Shown: positions 9,828 to 19,473, counted from the first letter of the whole stretch. The stretch is DNA of 62,395 nucleotides, filler included, from Actinomycetota bacterium (GCA_025963875.1; 3 parts of 3 records of this genome joined end to end with filler, not necessarily neighbours in it); one strand, 5' to 3'. Numbers and translations are program-made. Notes: generated by a model not told the origin, from the letters alone.

Positions 9828-10155
9828 GGGCGCATAGAGCTTGCCGCGGACCTTGAACCTCACGGCCCCGTCCGAACCGGACACGACGGTGACGGTGACG
9901 GTGTTGAGCTCGCTCTGCACCTCCTCGAACCGCCGCCCGATGAAGCGCTTGGCGGAGTAGATCGTCGCTTTGGGGTTGAGGATGGCCTGTCGCCGCGCGA
10001 GCTGGCCCACCAGGCGCTCACCGTTCTCGGTGAACGCGACCACCGACGGTGTGGTGCGGGAGCCCTCCGTGTTGGGGATAACGACGGGCTGGCCGCTCCA
10101 CGGTTGCGATGACGGAGTTGGTGGTGCCCAGATCGATGCCCACTGCCTTCGCCAT
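9828..10155 (-). pseudogene. dnaK: DnaK (Hsp70) N-terminal fragment, frameshifted and fused to the clpB fragment
   Basis: [17 protein letters not shown], frameshift, then [52 protein letters not shown]. Confidence 0.9.
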
Positions 10156-10414
10156 TTCGCCCTTCCTTTCTGACTTTCCCATTACCTCTTCGCTCTGCCC
10201 GCTCGTGGTGGGCTCTCGCCACCGGCAGGTTCGCGCCTGTAACGGGGGGTCACATCCCGGGATCGCGTGGTGTTCGTGCTGCCTTGGTCGCGATGGCTCA
10301 AGATGTTTCTGAAATCCACTACGTCGTCGGTGTCGTGTCCGACGGCAACAGCGTTCCCTCGCCCTTCACCGAGGCCCAGGTGTGGTGTCTCGACGACAAG
10401 ATCCGGTGGAGATT

Positions 10415-12063
10415 TCACACTCGCTCAGCTTTGAGTTCCTCCTCGTACTCGTGCTCCAACACCAGACGGGTCAGGTCGACCCGTGACGTGATGTCGAGCT
10501 TGCGATAGATCTGGCGAAGGTGGAAATCGATGGTGTGGCGGGAGAGGAACATGCGCTGACCGACCTGCCGGTTCGTCGGACCCTCGGCGACAAGATTGGC
10601 CACGCGGCGTTCGGTATCGGTGAGGCTGGCCCAGCCGAACACCCGGCGTGCGGCGCGGCGCCAGTGGCTGCGTCGCTCGCCGAGCCGGCGCAATCTGCTC
10701 CGAACTCGGGCGACATCGCGGTCGGCCCCCGCCTTCCGGTACGCAGCCATGGCCTGATCGAAGGAGGCGATGGCGCCTGTCGCCATCGCCCCGGGCAGCG
10801 AGCAAGACGCCGGCGTCTTCGGCGGCGGAGGCCCGGGCCCACAGATGGCGGTGTTGACGGCAGCCTGGACCAGTGCCGCAGCGTTCCCGTGGAGCAGGCC
10901 CCGAGCGTGTTCAGCAGCCGCCGCGACCGTGGGGAATTCGGGGTTGGCGGCGGCCAACTGCTCGGCTCCCGGCGACGACTCCTTCTGCCCTCTTCCGGTC
11001 GCCGACGGCGAGTGCGGTGCGCACCATCCAGGCTGCGAGAGCAGGGTCGCCGACGAGCAGCCCCCGTCGGGCCGGAAGACAGTCGTAGACGCCCGTCATG
11101 ACCTCGAAGGCGCCCACTGGGCCGTCGCGCGTCGGCGAGTTGGGCCTCCACCCAGGCGAAGTGCGGCGACCCGAACGTCACCGGGTTGGCAGCAAGCAGC
11201 GCACGGTAACTCTTGACATGCTGCGCGGCCGCGCCAAGGTCACCGCGTCGCAAGGCGACGGTAGCGAGCACGCACAGGCCCCCCGGGGCCAACGGGTGGG
11301 GTCCCAACTGGTCGGCGGTGGCGAGGCCGGCCGCTGTGGCGGCTGCGTCGAGACGTCCGGCGGCGAGCTCGATCTGGGCGCGCAGGACTGCGGAAGTGGC
11401 CGCCTGCACGCTGCGACGGGAAGGCTCTATCTCCTCAGCAGAACGGACGACCGCGTTCGCCTCATTGAAGCGGCCTACGTCAGCGAGCATCTTGTCCAGC
11501 CGGAGGGACAGGTGGGAGCGGCCGAGCTCGCTGTGAGAGCTGGTGCCGAAGCCGCGACTCGCTCGGTGGACGGCATCCCGCATGAGATCGAGTCCGGCGG
11601 CCAGCCGCCCCTCGTCCCAAGCGCCGAGCGAGAGGATCGTCTCCGCCGCCATGAGGGCAGGGTCATCATGTCTGTCGGCCGCCGCCACGATCGCTTCGGC
11701 ACGTTCACGTGCCCCCGGGAGGTCACCGAGCGCGGCGAGGGCCCAGAGTCGAACCGGCTCGGCGGTCATTTTGAGCCCGTCGACGAGATCCGGATCTGCG
11801 AGCGGAATTTCGACCTCGGTCACCGGATCCGAGGTCCGGCCACCCGCCGGGAGAGCCGCAGACCTGAACCCCGGCAGCGTGGGGGGCTGCTCGGCGAGGG
11901 CGGACCGGGCCCGTGTGACAGCTCGCCGGGACCGACCGTACGGCAAGATCCGATCATGGCTGGTGGCAACGAGACGGCTGGCGGCCAGGGTCTCGCGGAG
12001 CGTGGACAATACGTGCTCGAGCGGGTCACCCATCACCTCCGCGAAATCCCGCGAGAGCTCCAC
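10415..12063 (-). pseudogene. Large LuxR-family (MalT/LAL-like) regulator with multiple frameshifts
   Basis: C-terminal GWASLTDTERRVANLVAEGPTNRQVGQRMFLSRHTIDFHLRQIYRKLDITSR; upstream TPR-like helical region split across three frames; 5' limit uncertain. Confidence 0.7.
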
Positions 12064-12700
12064 CAGGCCGGAACTCGGTGCAACATCTTCGCCCTACCGG
12101 GCCTGAGCGCCCGCATGTACCCTGAGCTCGCCGAGACACCCACCTCGAGCACCCTCACCGCCCTCAGCGGGCTGGTCCGACGCCTCTCGGAGCATGACTA
12201 TGCTGCTGGGCAGCAACGAACGGCCCGCTCTGCGCCCTCAAAGGATGGGAAGCGGCGTCACGGGAACGTCACGCGGCTGTGACGCGGGGCCGATCACGAT
12301 GATGGACATGAACTCCTCGAGGTGAACATGGAGGGTGCGTTGCGAATACCGGCTTGGGGAGGTCCCTCGGCCAACTCACTATCGCCTGTTTCGAGAAGAC
12401 CGCCCCGCCGACGGACAGCTGAAGGAGCTTACGCATCAACGGCAAGGGGTCGACGAGACCGCCGACATCCGGCCGGTCTGGTCAAGCGATGACGGCTGAA
12501 TGATGAGCTGGGAATTAGACGATCTAAGAGACCTTCTGGCTGCTCCCATCCCCCGGCGTCGAGCGATCACCCTGGTCGCAGAATCGGTCCTCGGTGCGGC
12601 CGTGGGGCTTCGGTCCCGATCAGCCGCGGCGGCGACTCAGGCGCCGGTAGGCGTCATCGACGGCAGTAGGGTCAGCGACAGTCCAGGCCGTCGATCAGAC

Positions 12701-13576
12701 ATGGCCCTGTTCGACGGCTTCACCCGAACCCGGGTCACGACTGGCGGCGCCGAGATCAACGTCGTGTACGGGGGCTCCGGCCCGCCGGTCCTCCTGTTGC
12801 ATGGCGCGCCCCAGACCCACGTGATGTGGCATGCCGTGGCGCCGCGTCTGGCGGATCACCACACCGTCGTAGCCGCGGATCTGCGGGGCTACGGCGACAG
12901 CTCCAAGCCGCCGGGAGGCGGCGATCACGCCGACTACAGCTTCCGTGCGATGGCCACCGACCAACTCGAGGTGATGCGCGCCCTGGGTCACGAGCGGTTC
13001 GCCCTCGTCGGCCACGACCGCGGCGCACGCGTCGCGCATCGGCTCGCACTCGATCATCCCGATGTGGTCGAGCGCATGGCCGTGCTGGACATCGTGCCGA
13101 CCAGCTACGTCTACGGACACGCCGATCGCCGGCTTGCCACGCTCTACTTCCATTGGTTCTTTCTCATCCAGCCGGAGCCTCTGCCGGAGCGTCTGATCGG
13201 AGGCGATCCCCTCTTTTTCGTGCGGCGAATCCTGTCCTTCTCCGGCGGACTCGACGGCTACGCGCCCGAGGCGCTGGCGGAGTACGAGCGTTGCTTCGTC
13301 GAGCCTGCGACCATCCGCGGGATATGCGAGGACTACCGTGCCGCAGCCTCCATCGACCTCGAGCACGACGAGGCCGACCGCGATCGACGCGTCGCGTGCC
13401 CGTTGCTTCTCTTGTGGGGGGCGCGCAGCGTCGTCGGCGCGCTCTATCAGCCCCTTGAGGTCTGGCGCTCCTTTGCCACTGACATTCGGGGCCGCGCCCT
13501 GGACGCAGGCCACTTCCTGGCGGAGGAGCGGCCGCGTGACACCCTCGCAGAGCTGGAGCCGTTCCTGGCCTGCTAA
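12701..13576 (+). CDS. Haloacetate/fluoroacetate dehalogenase-like alpha/beta hydrolase (ORF open upstream to 12500)
   Basis: LLLHGAPQTHVMWH, DLRGYGDS, GHDRGARV, YFHWFF, CEDYRA, GHFLAEE. Confidence 0.88.
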   Translation: MALFDGFTRTRVTTGGAEINVVYGGSGPPVLLLHGAPQTHVMWHAVAPRLADHHTVVAADLRGYGDSSKPPGGGDHADYSFRAMATDQLEVMRALGHERFALVGHDRGARVAHRLALDHPDVVERMAVLDIVPTSYVYGHADRRLATLYFHWFFLIQPEPLPERLIGGDPLFFVRRILSFSGGLDGYAPEALAEYERCFVEPATIRGICEDYRAAASIDLEHDEADRDRRVACPLLLLWGARSVVGALYQPLEVWRSFATDIRGRALDAGHFLAEERPRDTLAELEPFLAC

Positions 13577-13584
13577 AGGTCAGT

Positions 13585-13986
13585 TCACCTTCCCCTCCCT
13601 ACCTGACGTTGGATCGTCAGGATGAGCGCCTTGGAGCTTTCAGACCGCGTTTGTGCTGGTAGATGGCGTCGAGGTCTGGGTGTCGCAGGGTGAGGGCCCA
13701 TGGCCTCGATGAAGGCGGCGGCGTGCTCGCCCATCGCCTCGATGGTGTCAGGGGTCTCGCCGCTGGAGTTGGCCACTCCGGCGTTGTCGAACAGGATCAC
13801 CGGGCGCCCGGCGGCGAGCCCATCGGTCACCAGTGGATCCCAATGGTCGAGGCCGCCTCGAAAGTGCTGTAGGAAGATCAGCGGGGTCCCGCTGGCCTCA
13901 CCGAAGCGGCGATGGGCGTAGCGGATGCCGTCGGCTTCGACGAACTCGGTCGGTGCCGTGACATGCGTTGTCGCCTCAGTTTTCAT
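13585..13986 (-). pseudogene. Truncated alpha/beta hydrolase (N-terminal about 97 aa only)
   Basis: PLIFLQHFRGGLDHWDPLVTDGLAAGRPVILFDNAGV; similarity ends near 13695, before the nucleophile elbow. Confidence 0.75.
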
Positions 13987-14070
13987 CGCGGTCCTCTGCT
14001 GGGGTGGTAGGGGTCAATGGCTGCTCAGCCTTAAGGTTGCAGATGTGGAGGTGGGGAAGTGTGTGGTACA

Positions 14071-14084
14071 AGAACGTATGTTCG
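14071..14084. promoter_or_regulatory. Candidate LexA (SOS/Cheo) box
   Basis: aGAAC-GTAT-GTTCg matches the GAAC-N4-GTTC core and is flanked by GTAC on both sides. Confidence 0.45.
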
Positions 14085-14311
14085 GTACTGGGCGGTGGGG
14101 ATGTGACCGCACCCGACCAGAGGATCGAAGCAACCCTCCGGGTAGCTGCGGGCGGGCCGGTGGAGAGAGCTAGCTATCCGCCCGGGACCGCACACAGGAA
14201 CCGTTTGGCCCGTAAGGCACAAGGGCGGCCGGATGCGGCGTAGGACTGGGGGGCCGGAGGATGCCCCGACCAGACCAGCCGGTCTGCCAGAGAGAGGCTG
14301 AGAGTACCTGT

Positions 14312-14367
14312 GGGAATTCTGTGAGCACAAAACGACGTACAGCGTCGTCCTGTACTCAAAGAATCCC
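14312..14367. repeat. AT-rich imperfect palindrome (ATTCT...AGAA family, copy a)
   Basis: ATTCTGTGAG...ACGACG-TACAG-CGTCGT...CTCAAAGAAT. Confidence 0.55.
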
Positions 14368-14430
14368 GCCCTGCCCAGATCCGGTGTCCTGAAGGAGAGG
14401 TCCCCCGCGTCCTGGTTGCACAGGTGGGAG

Positions 14431-14530
14431 NNNNNNNNNNNNNNNNNNNNNNNNNNNNNNNNNNNNNNNNNNNNTTAATTAATTAANNNNNNNNNNNNNN
14501 NNNNNNNNNNNNNNNNNNNNNNNNNNNNNN
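14431..14530. other. Artificial contig linker
   Basis: N44-TTAATTAATTAA-N44 (stops in all six frames). Confidence 0.98.
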
Positions 14531-14869
14531 CGGCGCCAGATCGACATCGTGGAGCCCTACGACCCCTTCGACTACAAGGAGCTGCACCACCTGGAGGGCC
14601 TGCTGCTCTTCGACAGGGGCAAGGCGCCGGAGGCCGCCCGGGACGGCGTCCTGGACCGCGACGGCGACCTGCCCTCGTGCCCTTCGGGCGGCCTCCTCGG
14701 CGTCGGCAATCCCATTGCCGCGGCAGGTCTCATGAAGGTGGCCGAGTTGTTCTGGCAGTTGCGGGGCGAGGCCGGGGCGCGGCAGGTGCCGGGGACGCCG
14801 CACCGGGGCCTGGCGCAGGCCTGGGGCGACCTCATGCAGGTGGGCACCGTGATCGTGATGGGCCGCTGA
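14531..14869 (+). CDS. Thiolase-superfamily (SCP2/Ltp-type) protein, C-terminal part (5' partial)
   Basis: EPYDPFDYKELHHLEGL, PSGGLLGVGNPIAAAGLMKVAELFWQLRGEAGARQV. Confidence 0.85.
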   Translation, partial: RRQIDIVEPYDPFDYKELHHLEGLLLFDRGKAPEAARDGVLDRDGDLPSCPSGGLLGVGNPIAAAGLMKVAELFWQLRGEAGARQVPGTPHRGLAQAWGDLMQVGTVIVMGR

Positions 14870-14871
14870 GC

Positions 14872-15360
14872 ATGGCTGCTCCGGCCCCCTTCCCCACCCG
14901 GTCACTCTCTGACACGGAGTTCCGGGAAGGCGTCATCACCGTGAGCCATTCCGTGCGGGCCGAGTACAGCTGGGACGCCGGCGTGGCGGTCGGGCGGTAC
15001 CTCGATGGCCTCAAGGAGGGCAGGATCCTCGGCCGGGAGTGCCGCGTGTGCGGGCGTGTCCTCGTGCCGCCGAGGATGTTCTGCGAGCAGTGCTTCCGCC
15101 CGACCGATCGGTGGGTCGACGTCGCGCCCACCGGCACCGTCAACACCTACTCCGTCTGCTACGTCACGTGGGACATGCGACCGCTCACCGTCCCGGAGTT
15201 GCCCGCAGTCATCGAACTGCAGAGTGGGGGCATCATGCACAAGCTCGGCGGCGTCGAACCCGCCGACATCCACATCGGGATGCCCGTGGAAGCCGTGTGG
15301 AAGCCCCTAGAGGAACGGGTGGGCTCGATCCTCGACATCGCCTACTGGAAGCCCCTGTAG
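14872..15360 (+). CDS. DUF35 Zn-ribbon/OB-fold protein
   Basis: ECRVCGRVLVPPRMFCEQC...IGMPVEAVW. Confidence 0.9.
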   Translation: MAAPAPFPTRSLSDTEFREGVITVSHSVRAEYSWDAGVAVGRYLDGLKEGRILGRECRVCGRVLVPPRMFCEQCFRPTDRWVDVAPTGTVNTYSVCYVTWDMRPLTVPELPAVIELQSGGIMHKLGGVEPADIHIGMPVEAVWKPLEERVGSILDIAYWKPL

Positions 15361-15363
15361 GCG

Positions 15364-15834
15364 ATGTTCGACAAGCCCACGAACCCCGACGCCATCCGGC
15401 TCTGGCCCGGCTCGATCCCCGTGTCGCACCGCTATACCGCGGGCCTGGCGGGGGAGCGGTTCTTCCGGACGCTGGCGGAGCGGGGGGCCTTCCTCGCCGC
15501 ACGCTGCGACCGGTGCTCGGTGGTCTACTGCCCGCCGACGGCGTTCTGCGAACGCTGCCTCGGGGCGATCGACGAGGAGCTCGAGGTGGGCCCGGCCGGC
15601 ACGCTGGAATCGTTCACCGTGGTGCGGATCGGCTTCGACGGTGAGCAACTCGCGGCCCCCGTGGTCGTCGGCCTCATCCGGCTGCACGGCGCCGACACCT
15701 GCCTGGTGCACCGGGTGGCGGGGGACCCGACCCTCCTGTCGGTGGGGATGGACGTCGAAGCGGTCCTCAGGGACCCGGGGGCACGGACGGGCTCCCTCGA
15801 CGACGTGGAGCACTTCGAGAGCACTCGCCGATGA
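15364..15834 (+). CDS. Second DUF35 Zn-ribbon/OB-fold protein
   Basis: RCDRCSVVYCPPTAFCERC...VGMDVEAV. Confidence 0.9.
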   Translation: MFDKPTNPDAIRLWPGSIPVSHRYTAGLAGERFFRTLAERGAFLAARCDRCSVVYCPPTAFCERCLGAIDEELEVGPAGTLESFTVVRIGFDGEQLAAPVVVGLIRLHGADTCLVHRVAGDPTLLSVGMDVEAVLRDPGARTGSLDDVEHFESTRR

Positions 15835-16490
15835 TCCCGATGATCCGGAAGCTGATCGGGTTGGCCCTTGTGTTGCTGATTGTGGCCGTCGTGCCCGAGG
15901 CCGCCGCCCATTTCCTGTTCCAGTCCGGCATTGCCGCCGCGGTGGCCAAGCGCGACCCCGGTGCCCAGCACGTCTCGGCCCGCGTGCCGGTCCCGATGCT
16001 GCCCAACCTCCTCACGAAGGCAACCCTGTCGAAGGTCAACGTATCGGCCCGGCACGTCGATCTCCGCACGGTCACTGCCGACTGGGTGACGGCGACCGCA
16101 ACGGGCGTGCACGTGAACCTGCCATCGTCGCTCATCAACAAACGGGCCCAGATCACCCACGTCGACCACATCCACCTGACGCTCACGTTCACGGAGGAGG
16201 AGGCCTCGGCCCGACTGCCCCCGGGTTTCAAGTTCGTCTTCGGGAAGGACACCGTGACGCTCCAGGGCCTGGCCACGTCGGTCACCGGGACCTTCCGGCT
16301 GGAGCCGCCGGCCAGGATCGTCTTCACCATCGTCGGGTCGTCGGTGCCGGGATTGACCAGGCTGGCGCCGATCTCGTTCTCCGTGCCGCCGCTGGCGGCC
16401 TGCGTGCAGAGCGTCGCGCTCAACCCCCACCACCTGACGGTCACCTGCGACGAGACGAATCCTTCTACCGACCTGCTCCCCCACCCGTGA
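15831..16490 (+). CDS. DUF2993/LmeA-like exported protein
   Basis: N-terminal hydrophobic anchor, beta-rich body, ATGA overlap with the upstream gene. Confidence 0.65.
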   Translation: MIPMIRKLIGLALVLLIVAVVPEAAAHFLFQSGIAAAVAKRDPGAQHVSARVPVPMLPNLLTKATLSKVNVSARHVDLRTVTADWVTATATGVHVNLPSSLINKRAQITHVDHIHLTLTFTEEEASARLPPGFKFVFGKDTVTLQGLATSVTGTFRLEPPARIVFTIVGSSVPGLTRLAPISFSVPPLAACVQSVALNPHHLTVTCDETNPSTDLLPHP

Positions 16491-16500
16491 CGGATCGCTG

Positions 16501-17667
16501 ATGGACTTCGACCTTCCGCCGGAAACCGAGGAGTTCCGCAGGGTCGTGCGCTCGTTCGCCGAGGAGGTCGTACGGCCCGTAGCCGAACACTACGACGCAC
16601 GCTCCGAGTTCCCCCTCGAGGTCGTGCGCCAGATGGGAGAGCTGGGTCTGTTCGGCTTGGTGCTGCCGGAGCGCTACGGGGGGGCGGATGCCGAGTTCAT
16701 CACCTTGTGCGTCGCCATCGAGGAGCTGGCGCGGGTGGACTCGTCGGTGGCGATCACCCTGTCCGCCGGCGTCGGCCTGGGGGCGATGCCCTTCCTGCTG
16801 TTCGGAAGCGAGGACCAGAAGGAGACGTGGCTTCCGCCAATGGCAGCCGGCGAGGTGCTGGGGGCGTTCGGCCTGACGGAGGCGTCCGGAGGGTCCGATC
16901 TCTCGGCGCTGAGGACCGTGGCCACCCGTGACGGCGAGGAATGGGTGATCGACGGCTCGAAGGCATTCATCACCAACGCCGGGACGCCGCTGTCCAAGGT
17001 GGTGACCGTGGCGGCCATCACCGGCCGGTCGGAGGGCGGCAAGGAGATGAGCTCGATCGCCGTTGCCCACGGGACGCCCGGCTTCTGCGTCGGCCGGGAG
17101 TATCGCAAGCTCGGGTGGCGGGCCTCCGACACCAGGGAGCTGGTCTTCGAGGGCTGCCGGGTGCCGGTGACCAACCTCGTGGGGGAACAGGGGAGCGGCT
17201 ACCGCAACTTCCTCACGATCCTCGACGGGGGTCGCATCGCGATCGGCGCCCTCGCTGTGGGCCTGGCCCAGGGATGTCTCGACGAGAGCCTGCGGTACGC
17301 CCGCCAGCGGATGGCGTTCGGACGGGAGATCGGCGCCTACCAGGCGGTCCAGTTCAAGCTGGCCGACATGGCGACGAAGATCGCCGCAGCCCGGGATCAG
17401 ATCTACAAGGCGGCGTGGCTCCGCCAGCAGGGGCGCCGCTACAAGGCCGTGGCCTCGATGGCGAAGCTGTTCGCCTCCGAGGTGGCGATGGAGTGCGCCA
17501 GGGAGGCGGTGCAGATCCACGGTGGCTACGGCTACATCGAGGAGTTCCCGGTGGCCCGCCACTTCCGGGACGCAAAGATCCTGGAGATCGGCGAGGGAAC
17601 GTCCGAGGTGCAACGGATGCTGATTGCCAGGGAGCTCGGCCTGCCGGGGGCCGTGCCCGGCAGCTAA
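16501..17667 (+). CDS. Acyl-CoA dehydrogenase
   Basis: GAFGLTEASGGSD, GSKAFITNAG, QIHGGYGYIEEFPVARHFRDAKILEIGEGTSEVQR. Confidence 0.96.
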   Translation: MDFDLPPETEEFRRVVRSFAEEVVRPVAEHYDARSEFPLEVVRQMGELGLFGLVLPERYGGADAEFITLCVAIEELARVDSSVAITLSAGVGLGAMPFLLFGSEDQKETWLPPMAAGEVLGAFGLTEASGGSDLSALRTVATRDGEEWVIDGSKAFITNAGTPLSKVVTVAAITGRSEGGKEMSSIAVAHGTPGFCVGREYRKLGWRASDTRELVFEGCRVPVTNLVGEQGSGYRNFLTILDGGRIAIGALAVGLAQGCLDESLRYARQRMAFGREIGAYQAVQFKLADMATKIAAARDQIYKAAWLRQQGRRYKAVASMAKLFASEVAMECAREAVQIHGGYGYIEEFPVARHFRDAKILEIGEGTSEVQRMLIARELGLPGAVPGS

Positions 17668-17729
17668 GCGCAGCGCCGGGAGGACTGAGTATCTTTCGTC
17701 GTGTGCACTAGATGTTCTGTTTCGGTGGC

Positions 17730-17758
17730 TTGTCAGGATGCCGCACGAGCAGTAGCAT
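17730..17758 (+). promoter_or_regulatory. Sigma70-type promoter
   Basis: TTGTCA-N17-TAGCAT. Confidence 0.5.
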
Positions 17759-17869
17759 TCGTGATGGCCCCCTGAGGCCACTTCTTGCCCCAGATCCCGG
17801 CAGGCTGCCGCGCACCCTGGCCCCGGTGACGCATCGAACCTTCGATGTGGTCGACGTGGGGGTCCCCGG

Positions 17870-18292
17870 ATGGCGCAGAATCCACAACCGGTGCCGGACA
17901 GCGAATCTCTGCCCGCCCGGCATGCCGAGGCCAACGAGTCCCTCTTTGTCACCCCGGCCGGGGTGATCTCCATGCTGCGACGCTACCGGGATGTCTTTGA
18001 TCCCAAGACGACCTCGATTCTCCTCGTCTCCAGGCAGGGATTCGACCCGACCCAGGGTCCGTTCCGGGCAGGGTTCGTCAGCAGGTTGGACGAGCGGGAG
18101 GAGCTCCGCCGGCGTATGACCGATCGGCTGGCGGAGCGGGAGCGCAGACTTCTGTTCCTCTGGTACGTGATGGAGTTGCGGCCGGGGGACGTGGCCCGCA
18201 GGATCCGCGTCTCGAGGGTGCACTGTTACCGCCTCCGGCAGGCTGCCCTCTCCGCCCTCTGCGACGAAGAGGCCTCCGAAACCGCCTCCTAA
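17870..18292 (+). CDS. Small protein with a sigma-70 region 4-like HTH
   Basis: LAERERRLLFLWYVMELRPGDVARRIRVSRVHCYRLRQAAL; no region 2 recognised. Confidence 0.7.
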   Translation: MAQNPQPVPDSESLPARHAEANESLFVTPAGVISMLRRYRDVFDPKTTSILLVSRQGFDPTQGPFRAGFVSRLDEREELRRRMTDRLAERERRLLFLWYVMELRPGDVARRIRVSRVHCYRLRQAALSALCDEEASETAS

Positions 18293-18323
18293 ACCCAATA
18301 CCGTTATCTCGCGGGGGCAGAAT

Positions 18324-18372
18324 ATTCTTTGTTTGTTTCACCGCGATATACGCGGTAAAGCAAACAAAGAAT
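18324..18372. repeat. AT-rich palindrome (family copy b); may act as a terminator
   Basis: ATTCTTTGTTTG...ACCGCG-ATATA-CGCGGT...CAAACAAAGAAT. Confidence 0.7.
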
Positions 18373-18499
18373 TCCGGCGGTCGTCGTCGAAGGCCAGATG
18401 CCGGCCCCGGTTCCGAACGGGCGCCCTCGGACCCGGACGCGCTAGCGAGCCCCCCCGGGGGGGAAGGGGCTCGGTAGCGGGCTGCCGGTTAGTGCCCGG

Positions 18500-18630
18500 T
18501 TAGGGCTTGGCGCCGATGTGGACGATGTCTGGCCGACCCTCTGCTCCGAGGCTGCCCTGGAAGGTCCCATCCCCGAAGTTGAAGACGCCGCCGTCCGAGG
18601 CCACCAGGCAGTAGCCCTGCTGCACATAGG
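18500..18630 (-). pseudogene. Remnant of a surface-protein repeat
   Basis: GYCLVASDGGVFNFGDGTFQGSLG resembles the GYWLVASDGGVFxFGD repeat of actinobacterial surface proteins; single isolated copy. Confidence 0.5.
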
Positions 18631-18961
18631 GGGCGGGAATGGCGGCCTGGACGCTCAGTCTGCCGGCAGCTCGGCCTCGAGTTCGTCCAGTTCGCATACG
18701 TATCCTTCTCGTGCAATGGCTGGCCGGTACCGCAGGACTGCGCGTACCGCGCACGGGCTTCCGGGTGGGAGCCATGGATGCCTCCAACCGGCTGACCATC
18801 GGTGACGGCTGGGGGGAGTCTGCCTGGACATTACTCTCCAATAGTCCCCGGTGCTAGAGCATTTGGAAGATACGTCGAAAAAGTGTTCATTACGCAGAAC
18901 ATTGGTCCCACATTGTTTGCCGGTTATTCCGTTCCTTCCTCCTTCCGTACGGTAATCCCCG

Positions 18962-19147
18962 GTGGCGTTCAGCTACACGGTGCCCAATGCCTTGGCGGGG
19001 GGGCTCTACCGGCTGAGCGTCCAGAACCAGGCCACCGTGTATCCGGACCGCCTGTCGGTGGACGTGATGCTGCCCGACGGGGTGCACCTTCCCGACGGGG
19101 CGCCAACGACGCCGGCGGCAGCTCACTGGCAGCGCATTGACGGCTGA
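18962..19147 (+). pseudogene. Probable C-terminal gene fragment (DUF4012-like)
   Basis: FSYTVPNA...YRLSVQNQATVYPDRLSVDVMLPDG; coding-like stretch without a convincing start. Confidence 0.35.
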
Positions 19148-19176
19148 TCTCTACCAACTTCGAAAATGGCGAGGTC

Positions 19177-19206
19177 TTGACAATGTTACAGAAACGGCGG
19201 TAACTT
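19177..19206 (+). promoter_or_regulatory. Sigma70-type promoter of the repeat-protein leader
   Basis: TTGACA-N18-TAACTT. Confidence 0.65.
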
Positions 19207-19299
19207 CCTACTCGGAAAAGAGTCGTTCCCCCTGCGGCTCTTGTCCGCCACCGAGCCGTCTCTGGCCGGCCCTCAAAGGGAAGCCAGGGACGCTTCGAC

Positions 19300-19400
19300 C
19301 CCCTGACGTTGCCGGAGCCTGGGCACCGTGGAGGTATGGGGATCCCTCCTGCGATCCGAACCCACGGCTGCGGCTACAGCTCCCGCCAGTGCAAGGTGCT
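19300..19400 (+). ncRNA. Candidate cis-regulatory RNA, possibly a c-di-AMP (ydaO-like) riboswitch variant
   Basis: Lies between the promoter and a leader terminator; contains GCCGGAGCCTGGGCACC, GGGGATCCCTCC, CCGAACCC...ACAGCT, reminiscent of ydaO motifs. Confidence 0.4.
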
Positions 19401-19433
19401 TGTCGTTGTCGCCTGCCCTGGTGGGTCTTGCTC

Positions 19434-19473
19434 AAAGGGCCCGCCGAGCCTCCTCGGCGGGCCCTTTTTCTTC
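19434..19473 (+). terminator. Intrinsic terminator in the 5' leader
   Basis: Perfect stem AAAGGGCCCGCCGAG-cctc-CTCGGCGGGCCCTTT running into TTCTTC, about 40 nt before the start codon. Confidence 0.85.

Noticed and set aside
14431..14530. TTAATTAATTAA palindrome, also at 38587
   Set aside because: Assembly linker; no cross-contig gene clusters were inferred (for example mce/pccB with the cob operon)
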